A stretch of 64,000 nucleotides of DNA from an uncultured Gemmatimonadales bacterium (GTDB lineage Bacteria > Gemmatimonadota > Gemmatimonadetes > Longimicrobiales > Gaopeijiaceae), in the NCBI GenBank assembly GCA_963809895.1, contig CAWELD010000003.1, positions 704,001-768,000 on the forward strand. Direction: 5' to 3'. Positions 55,060-64,000 of this stretch are shown one piece after another. Positions within the stretch are counted from its first letter, which is position 1. Each line of letters begins with the position of its first letter. Below the pieces are notes generated by a model. The model was not told where the DNA came from. It did not search any database and saw only the letters and a list, made by a program, of their open reading frames with translations. Both the position numbers and the translations under genes were made by a program.

Positions 55060-56318
55060 GTGGACATCATCCGCGATACGAAGCCGAAAAAGCGCAAGCG
55101 AGCCGTCATCATCACCGCGGTGGTGCTGGGCCTGGTGGCCATCACCTTCGCGTGCGGCAGCTTCCCAGCGCCGCGCCCACCGTGGACCGCGCCGTGGCCT
55201 GGATGGACACGGTGCAACGGGGGACCATGACCCGCATGGTGCGGGGTCCCGGCACCCTGGTTCCCGAGCAGGCGCGGCTCATCACCGCCGTCACCAACGG
55301 CCGGGTGGAGCGCATCGTGCTCCTGCCGGGCGCCGAGGTGGAGGCCGGGGACGTCATCCTGGAGATGTCGAACCCCGACGTGAACATGCAGTATCTGGAT
55401 GCCCAGACGCAGCTTTCGCAGGCCCAGGCCAACCTGCTGCAGACACAGGCGAACAACCAGACGTCGCAGCTCCAGCAGGAGGGCGCGGTGAGCCAGCTCC
55501 AGCTGCAGCTCGCCACCGCTCGCCGGGAATACCAGACCAACCAGCGTCTCTACGACACCAACCCCGATCTGGTGGCCAAGTCCGAGCTGGATCGAACCAA
55601 GGAGGCGGTCACGGACCTCGAGACCCGCCTGGATCTGGAGAAGCGGCGGCTGGAGGTCATGAAGACCACGGCCCAGGAACAGGTCGAAGCGCAGCAGCTC
55701 CAGGTGGACCGCCTGAAGGAGCAGGTGCAATTCAACCAGGACCGGTTGGCGTCGCTGGTGGTGCGCGCGCCCAACGCGGGGCTGCTGTCTCCGCTGGAGA
55801 TTCCACTCCAGGAAGGACAGTACGTGACCTCGGGTGGGCAGCTCGCCCGCATCGTGGTGCCGGGTCGCCTCAAGGCCGAGATCCGCATCCCCCAGACGCA
55901 GGCCCAGGAGATCGTGGTGGGCCAGCGGGCGCTCATCGACACCCGCACCGACACCATCGAAGGTCGTGTCTCGCGCATCGATCCGGCGGTGCGTCAGGGC
56001 TCGGTGACCATCGACGTGTCGCTGCCCGACAATCTGCCGGCCAGCGCCCGCCCGGACCTGAGCGTGGACGGCAACGTCGTCATCGAGCGGCTGGACGACG
56101 TCCTGTACGTGGGCCGGCCGAGCTTCGGGCAGGCCAATCAGCAGATCAGCCTCTTCCGGGTCACCGACGACGGTGACTACGCCGAGCGCGTGCGCGTGCT
56201 CATCGGGCAGACCTCGGTGAACGACATCGAGGTGCGGGAGGGCCTGCAGGAAGGCGACATCGTCATCCTGTCCGACATGTCGCAGTGGGACGGTTACGAC
56301 CGGGTGAAACTGCGTTGA
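55060..56318 (+). CDS. MacA/HlyD-like periplasmic adaptor, frameshifted near 55151
   Basis: GTG 55060 gives MDIIRDTKPKKRKR + TM anchor; body (VRGPGTLVPE, VRAPNAG, RPDLSVDG, GLQEGDIVILSD) is in the frame from 55152; one base missing at TTC-GC-GTG. Confidence 0.85.
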
Positions 56319-56408
56319 CCCACACCCCCTGCCGGGTACGGACCCGGCGCACACCGCACGCTGTCGGCCTGGCCGGCGGCCACACCGCCTGAACGGGAGA
56401 GGAAGACG

Positions 56409-57164
56409 ATGGAGAACGGAGGCCAGTCACTCATCCACCTCGAAGAGCTTTCGAAGGTCTTCTACACGGAAGAGGTGGAGACGCACGCGCTGTCGGGGAT
56501 CAACCTGGACATCGCCAGCGGGGAGTTCGTGTCCATCGCGGGCCCGTCGGGGTGCGGCAAGACGACCATGCTGTCGATTCTGGGGCTGCTGGACAGCCCG
56601 ACGGGTGGCAAGTACCTGCTCGACGGGGAGCCGGTGGAGAATCTGAGCGCGGGCCAGCGGGCCAAGATCCGCAACCAGGCCATCGGGTTCATCTTCCAGG
56701 CGTTCAACCTGATCGGTGACCTGACGGTGTACGAGAACGTGGAGCTGCCGCTGACGTATCGGGGCATGCCGGGCTCGGAGCGGAAGGAGCGGGTGCAGGC
56801 GGCGCTGGAGCGGGTGGGGATGGCGCACCGGATGGGGCACTACCCGAGCCAGCTGTCGGGTGGTCAGCAGCAGCGGGTGGCGGTGGCGCGGGCCATCGTG
56901 GGCAAGCCGCTGATCCTGCTGGCCGACGAGCCGACGGGTAACCTGGACTCGAAGAACGGCAACGCGGTGATGGATCTGCTGCGGGAGCTGCACGACGAGG
57001 GCGCGACCATCTGCATGGTGACGCACGATCCGCGCTACGCGCACGTGGCGGAGCGCCAGGTGCACCTGTTCGACGGTCAGGTGGTGAGCGAGGACGACGC
57101 CAAGCGCGCGCACGAGCTCGAAGAGGCCGGCTTCGACATGCACTCGGAGGCCGAGCAGGCCTGA
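56409..57164 (+). CDS. MacB/LolD-like ABC ATP-binding protein
   Basis: GPSGCGKT, IGFIFQAFNL, LSGGQQQR, ILLADEPTGNLD, VTHD. Confidence 0.95.
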   Translation: MENGGQSLIHLEELSKVFYTEEVETHALSGINLDIASGEFVSIAGPSGCGKTTMLSILGLLDSPTGGKYLLDGEPVENLSAGQRAKIRNQAIGFIFQAFNLIGDLTVYENVELPLTYRGMPGSERKERVQAALERVGMAHRMGHYPSQLSGGQQQRVAVARAIVGKPLILLADEPTGNLDSKNGNAVMDLLRELHDEGATICMVTHDPRYAHVAERQVHLFDGQVVSEDDAKRAHELEEAGFDMHSEAEQA

Positions 57165-57187
57165 GACCCGGGGCATGGCGCAGGGCG

Positions 57188-57219
57188 ACGGGCCCGGTGG
57201 ACTGATCCGCCGGGCCCGT
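57188..57219 (+). terminator. Hairpin after first ABC ATPase
   Basis: ACGGGCCCGGTGGA-CTGA-TCCGCCGGGCCCGT 14-bp stem (one G:U). Confidence 0.6.
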
Positions 57220-57337
57220 TCCCGTGCCTACTCGATGTCCAACGTCCTCGGTGCCGGGAGCGGCGCAACTTCCCGGCATCCTCTTCCGTAGGGTGAGCGT
57301 CCCCGACAGCGATCCCTCCCCACCGGATTCCCCTTCC

Positions 57338-59794
57338 ATGGACCGACTTTTCGCCGACGTCCGCTACGCGCTGCGTGCCCTGCGCAAGCGTCCCCTGTTC
57401 GCCGTGGTCGCGGCCGGCTCGCTGGCCATCGGCATCGGCGCCAACACGGCACTGTTCACGGCGGTCAACACGCTCCTCTTCTCGAAGCCCAGCGGGATCC
57501 CGGCGGCCGACCGGGTCGTGGAGTTGGGTCGCGCACGAGACGGGTCCGGCTTCGACACCTTCACCTATCCGGACTTCCAGGACGTGCGTGAGGGAGCGTC
57601 CGCGCTCCAGGCCGCGGCGGCGTACCAGCTGGAGACGGTGGCGGTGTCCAGCGGCGAGGAGGGGGTCCGCACCAACGCGATCTACGTGAGCCCCGCGTAC
57701 TTCGACGTGCTGGGGCTGGCACCGGCCCGGGGTCGCTTCTTCACCGCCGACGAGGACCAGGGCCCGGACGAGCACGCCGTTGCGGTGATCTCCTGGGACT
57801 TCTGGCAGAGCCGCCTGGCCGGCGATCCCGGGGTGGTGGGGAGCACGGTGCGGCTCAATCGCCATCCGTACACGGTCGTGGGCGTGACTCCGCAGGGCTT
57901 CAAGGGACATCAGTTCGCCTTTCGCCCCGACGTCATGCTCCCGCTCATGCAGTATCCGAGCATGCACGAGGGTCAGAATCTGTTCGACGCCCGCAACTCG
58001 TCCTGGATCATGGTGCTCGGGCGCCTGGGCCCCGACGCCACGGTGGACGAGCTCAACCAGCAGCTCGACGCGGTGAGCACCCGCCTGCAGGGGGCGTATC
58101 CCGACACGAACGCGCGCCGGTCCTTCCGGGCGATTCCGTTCGGACCGGTACCGGGCCCGGCGCGCGCCATCGTGCGGACCTTCCTGGGCGTGCTCATGGC
58201 CTTCGTGACCCTCATCCTGCTGGTGACCTGCGCGAACGTGGCCGGGATGTTCCTGGCCCGGGCGACGGCCCGGTCGCGCGAGGTGGCCGTGCGCCTGGCG
58301 CTGGGGGCCGGGCGTGGCGCGCTCCTTCGCCAGCTCACGGTAGAGGCCCTGTTGGTCTTCCTGGTCGGGGGTGCCGTGGGCTACGCCGTGGCTGCCTGGG
58401 CCACGGGGCTGCTGCGACCCGGGCTGTTGCCGGTGCCGATCCCCCTGGACTTCGAGATCTCGCCCGATGCTCGTGTCCTGTTCTTTTCGCTGGCTGCGAC
58501 GCTCGTCACCGGGTTGGTCTTCGGCCTGCTGCCGGCGCTGCAAGCCACCCGGGTGTCGATCGTGTCGGCGCTGCGGGACGGCGGGACCCGTGGGGCGGCC
58601 GCGGCAGGCTCGAGTCGGCTGCGTCGCATCTTCGTGGCCGGTCAGGTGGGGCTGTCGCTGGTGCTTCTGGTTGCGGCAGGGCTGTTCCTGCGCTCGCTCC
58701 AGCGCGCCGGCCAGGTGGAGACGGGGTTCGATCCTTCGGGGGCCTACATGACCGGGGTCGACCTCGCCATGGAGGGCTACGACGACGAGACGGGGCCGAC
58801 CTTCCAGCGCCGGTTGGTCGAGTCCCTGGCGGCACGCCCGGAGGTCGAGGCCGCGGCGTTGGCCACGGACCTTCCCCTGGACATGGGCCGCAGGAGCACC
58901 GTCGCCGTACCCGAGGGCTGGTCGTCGGCCTCGGGGGATCCGGGTCTCGGGGTGGATTTCAACCAGGTGTCGGCCGCCTACTTCGACGCGCTGCGCATCC
59001 CCGTTCTGCAGGGACGAGCCTTCAACGAAGCCGACGCCGCCGGCTCGGAGCGGGTGGCGGTGGTGAGCCGCGCCTTCGCGGAGCGGGCCTGGCCCGGCGA
59101 GCAGGCCGTGGGTCGCACGCTGGACTTCGGCAGCTTCGATGCGGACCGGGCCGAACAGCTGCGGGTGGTGGGCGTGGTGGAGGACGTGAAGAACGGTATG
59201 ATCACCGACCAGCCCGAGCCGTTCGTCTACACCGCCCTGGCCCAGGACTATCAGGCCGCGACCCAGGTGGTGGTCCGGTTCAGGCCGGGTGCATCCGGGG
59301 CCGGCGGCCTCCTGCGCCAGTGGGTCCTCGAGTTGGACGGTGGGCTGTCGTTGACGGCCGTGGTGTCGCTGGAGCGGTACACGGCCATCGGGGTGCTGCC
59401 GCAGCGTCTGGCCGCCGGCATCACCAGCGCGCTGGGACTGCTGGCGCTCCTGCTGGCCGGCCTGGGCGTGTACGGGGTGGTGGCGTTCTCGGTGGCGCAG
59501 CGCACCCGGGAGATCGGCGTGCGCATGGCGTTGGGCGCCGGACAGGGCAGGGTGGTGCGACAGGTCCTGCGCGCCGGGCTGTGGCTCGCGCTTCCGGGCC
59601 TGGCCGTGGGTGCGCTGCTGGCGTTGGGCGCCTCGCAGGTGCTCCGGAGCATGCTGCTCGGACTCAGTCCCTTCGACCCGGTGGCCCTGGGCGGCGTGGC
59701 CGCCTTGCTGATCGGCGTGGTGGGGCTGGCCACCTGGCTGCCCGCCCGACGCGCGGCCTCGGTGGCGCCGGCGGAGGCCCTGCGGAGCGAATAG
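57338..59794 (+). CDS. Duplicated MacB/FtsX-type ABC permease (ADOP-like)
   Basis: DVRYALRALRKRP.F, LAIGIGANTALF, CANVA, REVAVRLALGA, QRTREIGVRMALGA, PARRAA....ALRSE. Confidence 0.93.
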   Translation: MDRLFADVRYALRALRKRPLFAVVAAGSLAIGIGANTALFTAVNTLLFSKPSGIPAADRVVELGRARDGSGFDTFTYPDFQDVREGASALQAAAAYQLETVAVSSGEEGVRTNAIYVSPAYFDVLGLAPARGRFFTADEDQGPDEHAVAVISWDFWQSRLAGDPGVVGSTVRLNRHPYTVVGVTPQGFKGHQFAFRPDVMLPLMQYPSMHEGQNLFDARNSSWIMVLGRLGPDATVDELNQQLDAVSTRLQGAYPDTNARRSFRAIPFGPVPGPARAIVRTFLGVLMAFVTLILLVTCANVAGMFLARATARSREVAVRLALGAGRGALLRQLTVEALLVFLVGGAVGYAVAAWATGLLRPGLLPVPIPLDFEISPDARVLFFSLAATLVTGLVFGLLPALQATRVSIVSALRDGGTRGAAAAGSSRLRRIFVAGQVGLSLVLLVAAGLFLRSLQRAGQVETGFDPSGAYMTGVDLAMEGYDDETGPTFQRRLVESLAARPEVEAAALATDLPLDMGRRSTVAVPEGWSSASGDPGLGVDFNQVSAAYFDALRIPVLQGRAFNEADAAGSERVAVVSRAFAERAWPGEQAVGRTLDFGSFDADRAEQLRVVGVVEDVKNGMITDQPEPFVYTALAQDYQAATQVVVRFRPGASGAGGLLRQWVLELDGGLSLTAVVSLERYTAIGVLPQRLAAGITSALGLLALLLAGLGVYGVVAFSVAQRTREIGVRMALGAGQGRVVRQVLRAGLWLALPGLAVGALLALGASQVLRSMLLGLSPFDPVALGGVAALLIGVVGLATWLPARRAASVAPAEALRSE

Positions 59795-59979
59795 CCAGGA
59801 GGCCCGCTGCTGACCGCGAGGGGTCGAGCCCGTACCTTTAGCGAAACGGAAACGACGACCGGCCCACCGCGTGGTGGAACGCCGGCCCGGGAAACCGTGG
59901 GGCCGGACGGGACGTCCAAGTCAGAGAGAGGCGCCACTCCGGCGCCCCTACACCAGGATCGGAGAAGGACGCGAACCGG

Positions 59980-60645
59980 ATGATCAAGCTTCGCAACGTG
60001 GAGAAGTCCTACAAGACGGGCGCCGGTGAGACTTTCGTGCTGCGCCGGATCGACGCGGACATCCGTGAGGGTGAGTTCGTCACCATCATGGGACCGTCCG
60101 GTGCGGGCAAGAGCACGCTGCTGTCCATCCTGGGCATGCTGGACGCCGACTGGCGCGGGGAGTACTTCCTGCTGGACCACGCGGTGCACTCCATGAAGCC
60201 GAGACACCGCATCGAGCTCAACAAGGAGTACATCGGGTTCGTCTTCCAGCAGTATCATCTGCTGGACGACCTCACCGTCTACGAGAATCTGGAGATCCCG
60301 CTCTCGTACCGGAACGTGAAGCGGAAGGACCGACAGGCCATCGTGGCGGACACCCTGGACCGCTTCCAGATCGTGGGCAAGAAGGACCTGTATCCGACCC
60401 AGCTCTCCGGGGGCCAGCAGCAACTCGTGGCCGTGGCCCGCGCCATCATCGCCGAGCCTCGCATGATCCTCGCGGACGAGCCCACGGGCAGCCTGCACAC
60501 GAGCCAGGGCCGCATGATCATGGACCTCCTCAAGCAGCTCAACCGCGAAGGGACCACCATCATCCAGGTCACGCACAACGAGGAATACGCCAAGTACGGG
60601 AACCGCATCATCCAGCTCCGCGACGGCTGGATCGTCGACGAGTGA
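59980..60645 (+). CDS. Second MacB/LolD-like ABC ATP-binding protein (variant D-loop)
   Basis: [38 protein letters not shown]. Confidence 0.93.
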   Translation: MIKLRNVEKSYKTGAGETFVLRRIDADIREGEFVTIMGPSGAGKSTLLSILGMLDADWRGEYFLLDHAVHSMKPRHRIELNKEYIGFVFQQYHLLDDLTVYENLEIPLSYRNVKRKDRQAIVADTLDRFQIVGKKDLYPTQLSGGQQQLVAVARAIIAEPRMILADEPTGSLHTSQGRMIMDLLKQLNREGTTIIQVTHNEEYAKYGNRIIQLRDGWIVDE

Positions 60646-60658
60646 GGGTGGCCATACG

Positions 60659-62032
<1,374 letters not shown>

Positions 62033-62053
62033 CCGCCTCTCCCAGGGAGTCCG

Positions 62054-63475
62054 ATGGACCGTCCGATCCGCCCCCCCCAGGAGCCGTCTTCGGCCGGGCG
62101 TTCCGGGCCCGGGCGGGGTGTGGTGCGGTTGTCGCACGACCGACGCATCGTCTTGCTCGCGCTGGCTGCCGGCCTTCCGGGTGTGCTCCTCACGCTCACG
62201 CTGCTCTTCGTGGGGGACTACTCAGGTCGGCTGCGTTGGACGCTCGCGCCCGCCCTGGTGGTCGTCTGGCTCATGGCGGCGTTCGCGCTGCGCGATCGGG
62301 TCGTACGGCCCCTGCAGACGCTGGCCAACATGCTGGCCGCGCTTCGAGAGGGGGACTTCTCCATCCGGGCGCGGGTCCCGGTCGAGGATGCCGACGACCC
62401 GCTTTCGCTCACCTATCACGAGGTGAACGCGCTGGAGGAGATCCTCCGGGAGCAGCGTCTGGGCGCCGTGGAGGCCACCGAGCTCCTGCGCAAGGTCCTC
62501 GAAGAGGTGGACGTGGCGATCTTCGCCTTCGACGAGGACGAGGAGCTGAGGCTGCTGAACCGCGCAGGAGAGCGCCTGCTCGGCCAGCCGTCCGAGCGCG
62601 TCATCGGTCGCGGCGCGGACGAGCTCCGTCTGCACGAGGGACTGCACGGTGTCGCGCCCCGCACGCTGGAGCTGTCCCATCCCGGTGGCACGGGCCGCTG
62701 GGAGCTGCGCCGGAGCGTGGTGCGCCAGGAAGGGGTCCCCCTGCGCCTGCTGGTGTTGTCCGACCTGAGCCGGGCCCTGCGGGAAGAGGAGCGCCAGGCG
62801 TGGAAGCGCATCGTCCGTGTGCTGTCCCACGAGATCAACAACTCGCTGGCGCCCATCAAGTCCATCACCGGCAGCCTGCAGAGCCTGCTGCACCGCGACC
62901 GGCGGCCCGACGACCTGGACGAGGACATGGATCGGGGGCTCCAGGTCATCCAGGGCCGAGCCGAGTCGCTGGGCCGCTTCATGGCCGCCTATGCCCGGCT
63001 GGCGCGCCTGCCGGAGCCGGAGCTCGTGGAGGTCGAGGTGGAGCCCCTGATCCGGCGGGTCGCGGCGTTGGAGCAGCGCTTGCCCGTCGAGGTCGAGGGA
63101 GGACCTCGGGTGAAGATGTACCTGGACCCCGATCAGCTCGAGCAGCTGCTCATCAACCTGATCCGCAACGCCGTGGACGCCATGCTGGGCGACGACGGCG
63201 TGGACCAGGACGACGTCCGGGGCCACGTGCGTGTCCGTTGGAGGGTGCAGGACGACCGCCTCGAGCTGGAGGTGGACGACGAGGGGCCCGGTGTCCCCGA
63301 GACCGGGAACCTGTTCGTTCCCTTCTACACCACCAAACCGGGCGGATCGGGAATCGGTCTGGTGCTGTCGCGCCAGATCGCCGAAGGCCACGGCGGCACC
63401 CTCGAGCTGGAAAGTCGTCCCGGCGAGCGTGGGGCCAGGGCCCGCATCCGCATCCCACTCGACCTCAAGCCCTGA
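62054..63475 (+). CDS. Membrane sensor histidine kinase (2 TM, HAMP/PAS-like, HisKA, HATPase)
   Basis: LSHEINNSLAPI, INLIRNA, DDEGPG, FVPFYTTK..GSGIGL; start uncertain. Confidence 0.93.
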   Translation: MDRPIRPPQEPSSAGRSGPGRGVVRLSHDRRIVLLALAAGLPGVLLTLTLLFVGDYSGRLRWTLAPALVVVWLMAAFALRDRVVRPLQTLANMLAALREGDFSIRARVPVEDADDPLSLTYHEVNALEEILREQRLGAVEATELLRKVLEEVDVAIFAFDEDEELRLLNRAGERLLGQPSERVIGRGADELRLHEGLHGVAPRTLELSHPGGTGRWELRRSVVRQEGVPLRLLVLSDLSRALREEERQAWKRIVRVLSHEINNSLAPIKSITGSLQSLLHRDRRPDDLDEDMDRGLQVIQGRAESLGRFMAAYARLARLPEPELVEVEVEPLIRRVAALEQRLPVEVEGGPRVKMYLDPDQLEQLLINLIRNAVDAMLGDDGVDQDDVRGHVRVRWRVQDDRLELEVDDEGPGVPETGNLFVPFYTTKPGGSGIGLVLSRQIAEGHGGTLELESRPGERGARARIRIPLDLKP

Positions 63476-63586
63476 GGAAGGGTCAGGACGAGGACCCAGC
63501 GTCCCGGAGCGTCGAAGCGCACCGGCCCTGATCGGAAATGGCCGGCGCCAGGAGGCACAACAACGCCGGCGCCACGACCACGGATC

Positions 63587-64000
63587 TCACGACATCTCCA
63601 CCAGGCGGCGGAGCGCCGCCTCGGTCTCGTCCGCCGTGGCCGACAAGGAAAGCAAACCGACGATCCGGCCCTCGCCGTCGACCAGGAACACGCGCGCCGT
63701 GTGGTCCACCACGTAGTCGTCGCCCGTGTCCCGCCTCTGGAAGCCGACACCCCACGCCGTCGCCTGCCCACGCAGGGCCTCCTCCGAGCCCCGGAGTCCC
63801 ACGATGGAGGGATCGAAGGCCTCCAGATACCGGGCCAGGGCCGCTGCGCTGTCCCGGGCGGGATCCACCGTGACGAAGAGGACCTGAAGGCGATCCGCCT
63901 TCTCCCCCATGGCCTGCAGGCTACGGCTGAGGCGCGCCAGGGTCAGAGGACACACGTCGGGACAGTGCGTATAGCCGAAGAAGACAGCCGCGGCGCGGCC
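63587..64000 (-). CDS. SCO/SenC family copper chaperone, 5' part outside window
   Basis: FFGYTHCPDVCP (CxxxC), FVTVDPARD, YVVDHT. Confidence 0.92.
   Translation of the reverse strand, partial: GRAAAVFFGYTHCPDVCPLTLARLSRSLQAMGEKADRLQVLFVTVDPARDSAAALARYLEAFDPSIVGLRGSEEALRGQATAWGVGFQRRDTGDDYVVDHTARVFLVDGEGRIVGLLSLSATADETEAALRRLVEMS

Noticed and set aside
11749..57219. GC-rich hairpins as a REP/MITE family
   Set aside because: The stems differ in sequence and sit at gene ends, consistent with individual terminators.

Overview
High-GC bacterial chromosomal window. Gene content (ADOP-type duplicated ABC permease, many exported peptidases, atypical MurB) suggests Gemmatimonadota, but that is inference only. 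It holds about 45 protein genes and one tRNA (Ile2, CAT). I saw no CRISPR array, rRNA, integrase or transposase. The left end (1-11.8 kb), just past the tRNA 3' end, is a stress/envelope block. A BON protein is divergent from a tightly coupled operon: tandem Usp, giant cyclic beta-1,2-glucan synthase/phosphorylase (Cgs/NdvB-like), ferric-reductase-like flavocytochrome, cytochrome c. The middle holds a REC-PAS-PAS protein with a probable CTG start, ArfB, AI-2E, an odd DUF2911 fusion, S9/M1/M61 peptidases, a POT transporter, Csp, Tag, a triple-repeat secreted protein beside an Omp85-like barrel, a HEAT-cyclophilin, a leaderless TetR-TolC-MFP-RND operon, a TfoX remnant, MATE, divergent MurB and a D-aminoacylase. 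The right end is a TolC-MFP-ATPase-permease-ATPase export locus with a sigma54 two-component system and a matching sigma54-like promoter, then a partial SCO gene. Three genes have frameshifts, each repaired by adding one base, most simply explained as assembly errors. All calls come from reading motifs by eye; no searches were run. Many starts were moved from the supplied ORF track using RBS and stop/start-overlap evidence.
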